64,000 bases of DNA, taken from Candidatus Latescibacterota bacterium (lineage in GTDB: Bacteria > Latescibacterota > UBA2968 > UBA8231). The notes under the pieces were generated by a model. The model saw only the letters and a program-made list of their open reading frames with translations, was not told the DNA's origin and made no database searches. This document shows positions 53,095-62,285 of this stretch, one piece after another. Where the stretch lies: contig CBDFJF010000002.1 in NCBI GenBank assembly GCA_965248265.1, forward strand, positions 3,712,001-3,776,000, given 5' to 3'. The stretch's first letter is position 1, and every line of letters starts with the position of its first letter. A program made the position numbers and the translations under genes.

Positions 53095-53539
53095 TGTTCC
53101 CGAAATCCAACGTCTCGGCCACTTCTTCCAGGGTCTGCTCGGCTTGCTGCATGTAGGTGTGCCAGGTGTCCGGATCCCAGAATTCCAGTTTGTCCAGGGC
53201 ACCGATTATGATCATGCGATCAGATATCCCGGCCCGTTCCAGCAGTTTGCGCGTCAATGCTGCCCGCCCCTGCTTGTCGAGCTTGACCTTCGCCGCCTGT
53301 GAAAGCATCCCGCGGTAATACAGTCGCACCCGCTGCTCGGTTTGAGGCATCTGCATCATGCGCTCGGCAATCCCACCCCAGATTCGTTGGGGATACGCCG
53401 TCAGACACCCATCGAGGCCACGAACGACTACCACGGTGTCACCGTCTTCCGGCAGCAACTCCCGCCGCAATTCAGCGGGTATGAATACCCTGCCCTTGTC
53501 ATCAACGGGGACTTCAAACTCCCCCAGGAACTGCGACAT
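53087..53539 (-). CDS. mraZ: Transcriptional regulator MraZ
   Basis: Two DxKGR/DKQGR repeats, LEFWD; first gene of dcw. Confidence 0.95.
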   Translation of the reverse strand: MSQFLGEFEVPVDDKGRVFIPAELRRELLPEDGDTVVVVRGLDGCLTAYPQRIWGGIAERMMQMPQTEQRVRLYYRGMLSQAAKVKLDKQGRAALTRKLLERAGISDRMIIIGALDKLEFWDPDTWHTYMQQAEQTLEEVAETLDFGNSV

Positions 53540-53570
53540 ATGAGCTCACATCTCGTCGGTGAGTGGATCT

Positions 53571-53653
53571 TCCACCAGAGTCCCATCTTTGTACACCAAT
53601 ACACACCCTTTTCCACCACCACAAAGTATAGTCCCACCACTTCGGGGAGTCAA
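53571..53653 (-). promoter_or_regulatory. dcw sigma70 promoter with MraZ-box array
   Basis: TTGACT (53653-53648)-17 bp-TATACT (53630-53625), followed by GGTGG/GGTGT/GGTGT/GATGG/GGTGG at about 10-bp period. Confidence 0.8.
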
Positions 53654-53804
53654 GAGAAAAATCTCGACTGACGACCCACTTGGATCAATTAATGTAAGAA
53701 GTTGTTTATTTTACACTTACGAGAAACAGAAGACAATCTAGCGGGCCCGAAGGGTGACAGAAATGAACTGGTGGCTCTGCAGTGAGAATACTGCTTGGAG
53801 CGCG

Positions 53805-54416
53805 TCAGGACAGAGGTTTCTTCTCCATCACCCGGCGGTTGATTTGCTTGCCTTTGGCAAGAAACTTGTCCTCGTAATTGGTGCGGACCCCTTCCCACGC
53901 CATCTCGGTTTTGGCCAGGCCATCCTCCCTTTCCAGGGTCTCAACCATAACCTCAAAATAGTCGTCGTGATCGGTGGCCAAGCGCAGCAGCCCTCCCACA
54001 CGCAGAGTTCGAGTGATTTCGCGCACGAAACCATCATCGAACAAACGGCGCTTGTGATGACGCTTCTTGGGCCAGGGATCGGGGAAGTAGAGATGGAACG
54101 CCTGCACTGAGTCGGCGGGAAGAAAGAATTCGACAAACTCTCGTGCATCAGCCCGTACCAGGCGCACGTTGGTCAAGCCTCGCTTGTCGCAGCGCGCCAG
54201 GGCCAGACGCAGGTATTTCCGTGCCCACTCGATGCCGAAGAAATTCACCTGTGGTTGGCGCTGTGCCTGATCGATCAGAAAACGGCCCTTGCCGATCCCG
54301 AGTTCCACTTCGACCGGGTTGCCATTCCCGAATACATCGGCACAACAGAGAACGGGATCATCCTCGCCGCGATCCTCCAACGTCAACAGCAGTTCGCTCG
54401 ATGTCTCGTCTTGCAC
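53805..54416 (-). CDS. trmB: tRNA (guanine46-N7)-methyltransferase
   Basis: VELGIGKG, FPDPWPKKRHHKRR, ATD, TNYE. Confidence 0.93.
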   Translation of the reverse strand: MQDETSSELLLTLEDRGEDDPVLCCADVFGNGNPVEVELGIGKGRFLIDQAQRQPQVNFFGIEWARKYLRLALARCDKRGLTNVRLVRADAREFVEFFLPADSVQAFHLYFPDPWPKKRHHKRRLFDDGFVREITRTLRVGGLLRLATDHDDYFEVMVETLEREDGLAKTEMAWEGVRTNYEDKFLAKGKQINRRVMEKKPLS

Positions 54417-54483
54417 CGTTCGTTGACCTGAAGACGCCGCACCTCAGGCCGGCACGACCAACTAATCGTGGATACAGAAGCCG

Positions 54484-55749
54484 CTACCCGGCCGCCTCGT
54501 TGTGTTGAGAAGGTAGACCGCAGAACTGATCGTAATCGATCAACTCGGTCACCGATGGACTGTCACCGCACGCCGGACACTCCGGGTCACGGCGCAGCTT
54601 CAGTTCGCGGAATTTCATGTCCAACGCATCGTAGAGAACCATGCGGCCGACCAGGCTTGCCCCTTGTCCCAACACCAGCTTGACGACTTCGGTCGCCTGA
54701 ATCACACCGATGATGCCGGGCAGAACACCCAGGACCCCCCCTTCCGCGCAGCTGGGGACTTCCCCGGGAGGAGGAGGCTCGGGGTACAGGCACCGATAGC
54801 ATGGCCCGCCTTCAGCGGGATGGTATACCGTCGCCTGTCCCTCAAAACGGAAAATGCTACCATCGACAACAGGCTTGCCCGTCAGCACGGCCGCGTCGTT
54901 GACGAGGTAGCGTGTGGGGAAATTGTCGCAACCGTTGACGATAATGTCGTAGTCCTTCATGACATCCATGGCATTGTACGAGGTCAGCAATTCAAAGTGC
55001 GTGTTGATCCTCACACCTGGATTGAGATCCAACAGGCGTTCCTTGGCAGCTTCTACTTTCGGCTGGCCTACACTGCCTTCGCCGAAGAGCACCTGGCGTT
55101 GTAGATTGCTCTTGTCGACGACGTCGGCATCGACCAATCCGATGGTACCGATGCCGGCGGCTGCGAGATAGAGCGCCGTCGGACAACCCAAGCCGCCCGC
55201 TCCAACCAGCAACACCTTCCCCTTCAACAATTGCTGCTGACCACTTTCTCCGACTTCCGGCAAGAGGATGTGGCGTGAGTACCGCTGTAGATCTTCGTCC
55301 GATAGCAGGCCGTCCTGCTCGAGGCCGAAGCCGGCCTCCTTCCACCCCTTGACGCCCCCGATCATCGATGCGACATCGGTGTATCCCATGGACTCCAAGT
55401 CACGGGCCGCCAGGGCTGAGCGACTGCCACCAGCGCAGTAGACGACGATCGGCGCATCTCGGTCCATGGTCACATCTTCCTCGACGTTTAGTTCGAGGAA
55501 ACCGCGTGGAATCAACGAGGCCCCGGCTATGTAACCGTCCATGACTTCGTCACGTTCACGTATGTCCACCAGATGCTTGATCGCACCTGACTCCAGTCCG
55601 CGCTGGGTCTCTGCGGGAGTGATCTCCGTTATCTCAGCTTTCACACGATCGAGCAGCTGGCTCGATGTAAGACTCATCGTCGATTGCCCTCCATCTCTTC
55701 CATTGGTGTTTACAGTTGGTGATTCAGTGACTGACGCCTTCGACTTCAT
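54484..55749 (-). CDS. moeB: Rhodanese-MoeB/ThiF fusion (MoeZ-type sulfur-carrier adenylyltransferase)
   Basis: N-terminal rhodanese CAGGSRS; RYSRH, GAGGLG, SNLQRQ, CYRC, CPAC. Confidence 0.9.
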   Translation of the reverse strand: MKSKASVTESPTVNTNGRDGGQSTMSLTSSQLLDRVKAEITEITPAETQRGLESGAIKHLVDIRERDEVMDGYIAGASLIPRGFLELNVEEDVTMDRDAPIVVYCAGGSRSALAARDLESMGYTDVASMIGGVKGWKEAGFGLEQDGLLSDEDLQRYSRHILLPEVGESGQQQLLKGKVLLVGAGGLGCPTALYLAAAGIGTIGLVDADVVDKSNLQRQVLFGEGSVGQPKVEAAKERLLDLNPGVRINTHFELLTSYNAMDVMKDYDIIVNGCDNFPTRYLVNDAAVLTGKPVVDGSIFRFEGQATVYHPAEGGPCYRCLYPEPPPPGEVPSCAEGGVLGVLPGIIGVIQATEVVKLVLGQGASLVGRMVLYDALDMKFRELKLRRDPECPACGDSPSVTELIDYDQFCGLPSQHNEAAG

Positions 55750-56959
55750 GAACGGGATGCTGGCGCCCCATTTCCTCTACCACTCGTTCGATAGCACCCT
55801 CGACCTCATGACGTGTGGTGAAACGCCCCAGGCCGAAGCGCACCGAGGAGAACGCCTCGGAATCGGTGACGCCGATCGCGCGCAATACATGCGATGGCTC
55901 CGACGTGCCGGAGGCACAGGCTGAACCGGACGAGAGGGCGATGTGTTCGCGCAGTCCGACGAGCAATTGCGCGCCGTCCACTTCACCCAAGCGCAGATTC
56001 AAGCACCCTGGTAATCGGTACTCCGGGTGTCCGTTTAAATGTACATCCCGCAAGCGTCGCGCAAGGCCTTCGTGCAAATTATCTCGCAATTCCGTGATGC
56101 GGGCAGCTTCCGTTCCCATCTCCGCCGTCGCCAGAGCGCACGCGGCACCCAGGCCAACAATCCCGGGAACGTTGAGCGTACCCGATCGCAGCGCCCGTTC
56201 CTGTCCCCCGCCCTCGATCTGCGCCCGCAAACGCACCCGCGGGTTCCGCCCGCGCACGAACAAAGCCCCCTGTCCCTTCGGCCCGTACATCTTGTGGGCT
56301 GATATCGACATCAAGTCCACCCCCAACGCCTCGACATCCAACAGGATCTTGCCCACAGCCTGCGCCGCGTCACAATGGACGAGAGCCCCGCGTTCCTTGG
56401 CGAGCGAGGCGATCTCCCGTATCGGTTGTATGGTACCGATCTCGTTATTGGCCGCCATGATGCTGACGAGGATGGTGCCATCATCGAGGACATCGCGCAA
56501 TTCGTCGAGCTCGATACGACCGTGGCGATCCACGGCGAGGCGCGTGACCTCGAAGCCCTCCGACTCCAGCGCTGTGCAACAATCCAGCACGGCGGGATGC
56601 TCGGTTGCGCAGGTGACTATGTGTTTTCCTCGTTCGCGATGGAAGGCGGCAACACCCTTGATCGCCAGGTTGTTGGCCTCCGTCGCTCCACTCGTAAATA
56701 CGATTTCCCGCTCAGCGGCACCGATGAGTTCAGCCACCTGCTGTCGAGCCAGGTCGACGGCCGCAGCAGCCGACCATCCAAAGGAATGGCTCTTGCTCGA
56801 GGCATTGCCGAAGTGGGTGGTGAAATACGGCAACATCGCCTCGAGCACCCGAGCATCGACGGGTGTCGTCGCTAGATTATCTAGATAGAGTGGGAGGTCC
56901 GGAGCCTGAGTGGACTCAGAAACTGAAGGACTCGCCGCAGCCACAGGTTGTGCGAGCAT
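55724..56959 (-). CDS. iscS: Cysteine desulfurase (IscS/NifS type I)
   Basis: YLDNLATT, SGATEANN, SAHKMYGPKG, RSGTLN, SGSACASG. Start is uncertain (overlaps iscA). Confidence 0.93.
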   Translation of the reverse strand: MLAQPVAAASPSVSESTQAPDLPLYLDNLATTPVDARVLEAMLPYFTTHFGNASSKSHSFGWSAAAAVDLARQQVAELIGAAEREIVFTSGATEANNLAIKGVAAFHRERGKHIVTCATEHPAVLDCCTALESEGFEVTRLAVDRHGRIELDELRDVLDDGTILVSIMAANNEIGTIQPIREIASLAKERGALVHCDAAQAVGKILLDVEALGVDLMSISAHKMYGPKGQGALFVRGRNPRVRLRAQIEGGGQERALRSGTLNVPGIVGLGAACALATAEMGTEAARITELRDNLHEGLARRLRDVHLNGHPEYRLPGCLNLRLGEVDGAQLLVGLREHIALSSGSACASGTSEPSHVLRAIGVTDSEAFSSVRFGLGRFTTRHEVEGAIERVVEEMGRQHPVHEVEGVSH

Positions 56960-57239
56960 TCGGATTTTCGACCTGGAACCCTGACCCCATCAGCCCGTCG
57001 TCGAAATTTAATGTGACGCCGCTGAGGTAGAGACTACTCTTGGGATCGATGAATACTTTGACACCATTGGACTCGATAACCTGATCGAGTTCGCCCGGTG
57101 TACCTGCAAACTCCAGCTTGTACTGAAAACCGGAACATCCGCCGCCGGTGACAGCCAAGCGCAAGCCTGCCTTCTCGCCGCCTTCAGCGTCCAGTAGGGA
57201 TCGAATTTTTGCCGCTGCCGTATCCGTTACCTTTATCAT
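56916..57239 (-). CDS. iscA: A-type Fe-S carrier (IscA/ErpA/HesB)
   Basis: GGCSG, NPNA, CGCGESF. Confidence 0.93.
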   Translation of the reverse strand: MIKVTDTAAAKIRSLLDAEGGEKAGLRLAVTGGGCSGFQYKLEFAGTPGELDQVIESNGVKVFIDPKSSLYLSGVTLNFDDGLMGSGFQVENPNARTTCGCGESFSF

Positions 57240-57282
57240 CGTATCTACTCCATCCTTACCCGCTCTTGTTCAACCCTGCTGT

Positions 57283-57768
57283 TCAACCATCATAAATCGC
57301 GCATTGAATCAGGTCGGGCACGTCCTCCTGCTTCTGGTACACATCACAAGAGCTGCAATTGCGTTCGAACACCTTCTCCTGGCAACAGAGGCAATCCCTC
57401 AAGACCTCTATCCCTCTCGTCGCCCGCTCCCTCATATCCCTGTAGTGAGAGATGCGGTCATCAATCTCCTGCTGCTGGCTTTCCAACAACCCAATCATGG
57501 CACGTGCCAGGTCGGACCCGGTTTCGACGCTGTCACGCAGACAGAACAACTCGCGAATACGCTCGAGCTCGAACCCCAGGGCCTTGAGGCTCTGGATAAT
57601 CTCGAGACGACGAAGCTGATCCTCTCCGTAGCGCCGAAAACCGCCGTTCGAACGCTCCTGGGGAACGATCATCCCCAGCTCTTCATAGTATCGAACCGTG
57701 CGCGTCGAGACCCCGGCCCGGGCCGCCAAATCGCCGATCTGTATCATTCGAAAGTTAAGCATTGACAA
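57283..57768 (-). CDS. MerR-family regulator with Cys-rich C-terminus
   Basis: IGDLA..GVSTRTVRYYE..G, R.NGGFRRY, LGF.L; C-terminus CLCC-x8-CSSC-x13-C. Confidence 0.88.
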   Translation of the reverse strand: MSMLNFRMIQIGDLAARAGVSTRTVRYYEELGMIVPQERSNGGFRRYGEDQLRRLEIIQSLKALGFELERIRELFCLRDSVETGSDLARAMIGLLESQQQEIDDRISHYRDMRERATRGIEVLRDCLCCQEKVFERNCSSCDVYQKQEDVPDLIQCAIYDG

Positions 57769-57801
57769 GGGGTTCTGCTATTTTGCAGTCTGGATTGGTT
57801 G

Positions 57802-57830
57802 AATATACACATCCACTTTTGGAGTGTCAA
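57802..57830 (-). promoter_or_regulatory. sigma70 promoter of the merR-iscA-iscS operon with an internal inverted repeat
   Basis: TTGACA-17 bp-TATATT; overlapping imperfect palindrome ACAcTCCA-aaag-TGGAtgTGT. Confidence 0.75.
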
Positions 57831-58029
57831 CGAAGCTACTCCTCCCTGGAGCGCGTACCTTTGCAAGGTGTTTTAGACCATGCGAGGGCGCTAGCGGTAG
57901 CAGCCGGTGCTGGCGCTGAATCTGACTAAACGACCTGGCGTGCAACTTTCGCCCACTCTTTGACGTCTAAGATGAACCTGTTTGGAAGGATGAAAGCTCC
58001 CATCAACTAATGGATATCGCTCTCCGTAT

Positions 58030-58692
58030 ATGCTGACGACCATCTGCAAGGCCGCCACACGCCTCACTTTGAGCTGCGTCCGCCGTCGCGTCACACCTCT
58101 GCTGACGATCGCCATCACCCTGCTCGCAGGCCTTACCGAGGCCACGACAGTCGCCCGTCTCAGTCTGGCGGATCTTTCCGATAACGCGGCGTGCATCTTC
58201 GTCGGCACCTGTGAGCAGGTCAAAGTGGTCAGCATCGAGGGACGGATCTATTCGCGATATCAGTTCTCTGTAAACGAAATCGTCAAAGGTGAGGACCCCG
58301 GACAAGCTCAGATAGAGGTCTCCCTACCCGGAGGTGAACTGGAGGGGCGCATCCAACGCCTCGCCGGCATGCCGGATTTTACACCTGGCGAGGAGACCGT
58401 TCTCTTCCTGACGAGCCACAACGCTTCCGGCCACGCCTGGCCTGTCGGACTGAGCCAGGGTGCATTCGCCGTACACGGTGACCGCGGCCGAGGCGAAGCC
58501 AGGGTCTTCCGACGGCTCTCGGGAATCAGACTATTGAACACGGATGGAGCCAGTGCCGCCAAGAGCACAATGCCGGCAGCGGCGGCATTGGATCCGCTGG
58601 ATGGCGGCATCGCTCTGGAAGATTTCCTATCCCAGGTGCGCGCAATCCTGAATCCGGATCCAGACTCGCTCGGTCAACCGAAGGTTCGGTGA
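58030..58692 (+). CDS. Secreted hypothetical protein upstream of matrixin
   Basis: Signal-like TM ending TEA-TT, LSLADL..A..IFVG, LPGG...GMP.F..GE..VLFL. Confidence 0.7.
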   Translation: MLTTICKAATRLTLSCVRRRVTPLLTIAITLLAGLTEATTVARLSLADLSDNAACIFVGTCEQVKVVSIEGRIYSRYQFSVNEIVKGEDPGQAQIEVSLPGGELEGRIQRLAGMPDFTPGEETVLFLTSHNASGHAWPVGLSQGAFAVHGDRGRGEARVFRRLSGIRLLNTDGASAAKSTMPAAAALDPLDGGIALEDFLSQVRAILNPDPDSLGQPKVR

Positions 58693-58704
58693 GTCAGCGC
58701 GATT

Positions 58705-61317
58705 ATGAATAGTTCGACATCAATTAGTTCGACATCAATGAAGTCTTCCAGAATGGTCGTGGTGCTGATGATGATTCTCGGTCTCCATACCGCGGCGGAC
58801 GCTTTCCTGGCGCAGACCTACCAGACCCGCTCTGGCGGAGTAGTCAGGCTGCGCTGGGCAAGCGATGAGGTGACCTACCTGATCGATGAAACGGGATCAG
58901 ACGACATTCCGGCCGCAACCGCCATCTCCATCCTGCAGGAGAGTTTCGAAGTCTGGACGGAAGTCAACTCCTCATCGCTCCGGCTGATTGACGGCGGCAT
59001 CTCCAGCGGAAGTTCGCCGGTCTCGTCAGACCGCCGCAACCTGGTGATTTTCGATGAACTCGGCACCTGGCTGGATCCACCACCGGGTTCAGGGGTCATC
59101 GCCGTCACTCGCATCGAGTCCAACTCGGATGGATTCATTACCGACGCCGACATCATCTTCAACGGTCGCGACTTCGCATTCACGAGCGGAGTCGGCGGCC
59201 GGGCCATCAACCTCAAGGATGTCGCCGTACACGAAGTTGGCCATTTGATTGGCCTCGACCACACTCCGCTTCAGGGATCGGCTGCGACCAGGCCGACGAT
59301 GAACCCGTTTTACAATGGAGATGGCCCGGGAGAAGCGAGCTCGTTGGAACCCGATGACCTTGCGGGAACCAGTTACCTCTACCCCGGCCCGGGTTTTTCC
59401 CTGGCCACCGGGATCATAGCCGGCTCCGTGTTCGATGGCGGTGGCGATGCCGTCTTCGGTGCCCATGTCACGGCCGAAAACGTCGCGACCGGAGAGCTCT
59501 TCAGTACGCTCAGCGGCGCCTATCCCGACCTGAGCGATCCCGGAAGCTACTTCCTCTTCGGTCTTACCCCGGGTAGTTATCGATTGCAGCTGGCTGCGGT
59601 TGGAGGCGGTATCACCGATGAAAACTTCGCGGGCGTATTCGAAGATTTCACCACCGGTTTCCCCCTGGAGTACTACGACAATGCGTTGCTGTCCTCCCTC
59701 GCTGTTCTCGTCGACGTGCAATCGGGACAACAGACCTCCGGTGTGGATTTTGTCACTGGTTTCGAAGTCATCGAGGGTTCGATCGTGCCCCTTGCCATCC
59801 CCAACAGTACACCCGACACCGCTGGACCGTACCGGGTTGAGGTGATGGCCACTCAGGCTCAAGAGGTGTTGCTGACGTACAGGATAGAAGGGGCCCCGGG
59901 TGATGGTGAGCGCACCCTGCGGATGCAATCGATGGATGACGGCTCCGTGTACACCACTGAGATCCCCGGCCAATCGATCGACAGCCGCGTGCTCTACCGA
60001 ATCTCGGCGACCAATGAAGACGGAACGATGGTTTCCTACCCGACTTCCGCCGACCGGTGGCTCAGGTTTGACGTGCTCTCTCTTTCAGGGTTGCCGCTCG
60101 CCTTCACGGTACTGCGCGACGACGGCGTCGTCGGCGTGTTCGACACCGGCAGCGAACTCGAACTCGCCCGCATCCCCGTCGGCAGTGAGCCCATTCAGAT
60201 CCTGCGCAGCTTCGACGGCCGCTTGTTGTTTGTTTCCAATCTCGCTTCGAACGACATCACCGTTCTGGAGACCGCCACGTTCCAGACCTCAGCCAGGATC
60301 GATGTGTCCGCGCAGCCCCTCGACCTGGCACAGGCGCCCGATGGGAGCGTCGTCTACATCGCCAATTCCGACGCCTCCGTTCTGACAACCCTCGATGTCC
60401 AGACACTGCAAACACGGGAAATCGTTGTTCCCGATCTGGAAGACGGCCCCTTCGGCGTGGCCGCGACATCTGAGAGGGTTTTTGTGTCCGACATGGGCAC
60501 GAACGAAATCATCTCGCTCGATCTCGATGGCGGCGTCATCGCCCGCGTGCCGGGTCCAGACTCGCCCCGCTCTCTGGCCGTAAGCCCGGACGAGCGCACC
60601 CTGTATTCGACCAGTTTCACGACACCACAGCTCGCCGTCTTCGACACCCAGAGCATGCAGCTGACAGGCTTGCTGGACCTGCCTCTCACCGGCAGCTTTG
60701 CCATCGGTGTAACCCCCGACGGCCGCAAGCTGTACGTGACCGGGCATCTCGACAACGCGGTCGTCGTAGTCGATGCCGTCGAGCTCGGAATCCTTACCAG
60801 CATAACCATCGGAGACAACCCGCGAGGCGTCTCGTTCTCCCCCGATGGCACAACCATGATGGTGACGAGTGCCGAATCGGACCAGATTCACCTCGTCGAC
60901 ACAGCGTTGGACGAGATCATCGGATCCTACAAGATCAGTGGACAACCCCGTGGGATTGCCATCATCGACCCGCCCAGCTTCGAAGAAGACCTGCCCACCG
61001 CAGTCCTGGAACCACCGCTACCGAGTGACTTTTCACTGATCCAGCCGTTCCCCAATCCCTTCAACTCCGCGATCCAGATACCGTTCACGATCCCCGAGCA
61101 GACGGCAGGATCCGGTGAACCAGCGTCCATGCTCGTCTACGACATGCTCGGACAGCGGGTGAAGACGCTCGTTAGCGGATTGGTCCAGCCGGGTCCACAC
61201 AAGGTGGTCTGGGATGGCAAGGATGACGGCGATAACACGGTGGCTTCCGGGACCTACATACTTCTGTTGCGTGCAGCCCATGCACGCGCCACTGCAAAAA
61301 TCATGTACGTGAGGTGA
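58705..61317 (+). CDS. Secreted matrixin-like (M10) metalloprotease with YVTN beta-propeller and C-terminal FlgD-Ig/T9SS-like sorting domain
   Basis: HEVGHLIGLDH plus Met-turn PTMNP, xPDG-LYV repeats, PFPNPFNS...VYDMLGQRV...WDGKD...ASGTY. Start may be 58738. Confidence 0.88.
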   Translation: MNSSTSISSTSMKSSRMVVVLMMILGLHTAADAFLAQTYQTRSGGVVRLRWASDEVTYLIDETGSDDIPAATAISILQESFEVWTEVNSSSLRLIDGGISSGSSPVSSDRRNLVIFDELGTWLDPPPGSGVIAVTRIESNSDGFITDADIIFNGRDFAFTSGVGGRAINLKDVAVHEVGHLIGLDHTPLQGSAATRPTMNPFYNGDGPGEASSLEPDDLAGTSYLYPGPGFSLATGIIAGSVFDGGGDAVFGAHVTAENVATGELFSTLSGAYPDLSDPGSYFLFGLTPGSYRLQLAAVGGGITDENFAGVFEDFTTGFPLEYYDNALLSSLAVLVDVQSGQQTSGVDFVTGFEVIEGSIVPLAIPNSTPDTAGPYRVEVMATQAQEVLLTYRIEGAPGDGERTLRMQSMDDGSVYTTEIPGQSIDSRVLYRISATNEDGTMVSYPTSADRWLRFDVLSLSGLPLAFTVLRDDGVVGVFDTGSELELARIPVGSEPIQILRSFDGRLLFVSNLASNDITVLETATFQTSARIDVSAQPLDLAQAPDGSVVYIANSDASVLTTLDVQTLQTREIVVPDLEDGPFGVAATSERVFVSDMGTNEIISLDLDGGVIARVPGPDSPRSLAVSPDERTLYSTSFTTPQLAVFDTQSMQLTGLLDLPLTGSFAIGVTPDGRKLYVTGHLDNAVVVVDAVELGILTSITIGDNPRGVSFSPDGTTMMVTSAESDQIHLVDTALDEIIGSYKISGQPRGIAIIDPPSFEEDLPTAVLEPPLPSDFSLIQPFPNPFNSAIQIPFTIPEQTAGSGEPASMLVYDMLGQRVKTLVSGLVQPGPHKVVWDGKDDGDNTVASGTYILLLRAAHARATAKIMYVR
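58710..58739. repeat. Perfect 15-bp tandem duplication at the matrixin start
   Basis: tagttcgacatcaat x2. Confidence 0.85.
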
Positions 61318-61343
61318 TTGACTGACTGCAGGATGCAGTCAGC

Positions 61344-62285
61344 TTAGGACGCCAGGCCGTCAACGCTGAAATAGCGAAAACCGGTATCGCAGAGAACAGT
61401 CACCAAACACGCATCGGCGGCCAAGGCCTCACCGATCCTCAGTGAGGCCACCATGTTCGCCCCGGACGAAGGGCCCAGCAACAGACCTTCCTCACGAGCG
61501 AGTCGCCGTGTGCATTCGAAGGCTTCCTCGTCTTCGACCGTCACGATCTCATCGATCACCTCAGTCTCCAACACCTCAGGAACGAAGCCAGCACCGATGC
61601 CCTGGATGCCGTGCAACCCGGGCTCACCTCCTGACAGCACCGGCGAGCGCGCCGGCTCCACCGCGACGATGCGAATACCGGTCACTTCCTGCTTGAGCAC
61701 GCCACCCACGCCCGTGATGGTACCTCCTGTACCCACACCCGCGACAAAGGCGTCGACTCGTCCGTCCGTCGCCTGGAGGATTTCGCGAGCCGTCGTTTCT
61801 CGATGGACCTGAGGATTGGAAGTATTGCGAAATTGCTGTGGCATGAAGGTGCCCGCCGGATCCGCGTCCTTGATCTGCTGTGCCTGGCTGATCGCCCCCG
61901 CCATGTCATCGACTCCCGGGGTCAGGATGATGCGGGCACCATAGGCCGCCATCACTGAAATGCGCTCGGCGCTCATGCTGTCTGGCATCGTCAGCACCAG
62001 CTCATAACCGAGCGCGGCGGCGGCCATGGCCAGCGCGATGCCTGTATTGCCGCTGGTTGGCTCGACGATGACCATGCCGGGCTTGAGCGCACCCATGCTC
62101 TCGGCGGAGCGGATCATGCTGATGCCGACCCGGTCCTTGACGCTACCCGCGGGGTTGAGCGCCTCCAGCTTACCCAGAATCGAACACCCGCTGGCTGGCA
62201 GCATCCGCGTAAAACGCACCATCGGCGTATGGCCGATGGTACCCAGAATCGAATCGACGGTCAGTGAATGCTGGGCCTCCGTCAA
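61344..62285 (-). CDS. cysK: Cysteine synthase A
   Basis: NPAGSVKDR, TSGNTG, GVGTGGT, IQGIGAGF. Confidence 0.93.
   Translation of the reverse strand: MTEAQHSLTVDSILGTIGHTPMVRFTRMLPASGCSILGKLEALNPAGSVKDRVGISMIRSAESMGALKPGMVIVEPTSGNTGIALAMAAAALGYELVLTMPDSMSAERISVMAAYGARIILTPGVDDMAGAISQAQQIKDADPAGTFMPQQFRNTSNPQVHRETTAREILQATDGRVDAFVAGVGTGGTITGVGGVLKQEVTGIRIVAVEPARSPVLSGGEPGLHGIQGIGAGFVPEVLETEVIDEIVTVEDEEAFECTRRLAREEGLLLGPSSGANMVASLRIGEALAADACLVTVLCDTGFRYFSVDGLAS

Noticed and set aside
55815-56888. 357-aa plus-strand ORF
   Set aside because: Antisense shadow of iscS; Ser/Arg-rich with no motifs, as expected at high GC.
57940-57965. sigma54-like site upstream of the secreted pair
   Set aside because: TGGC is present but the -12 GC is not at the required spacing.
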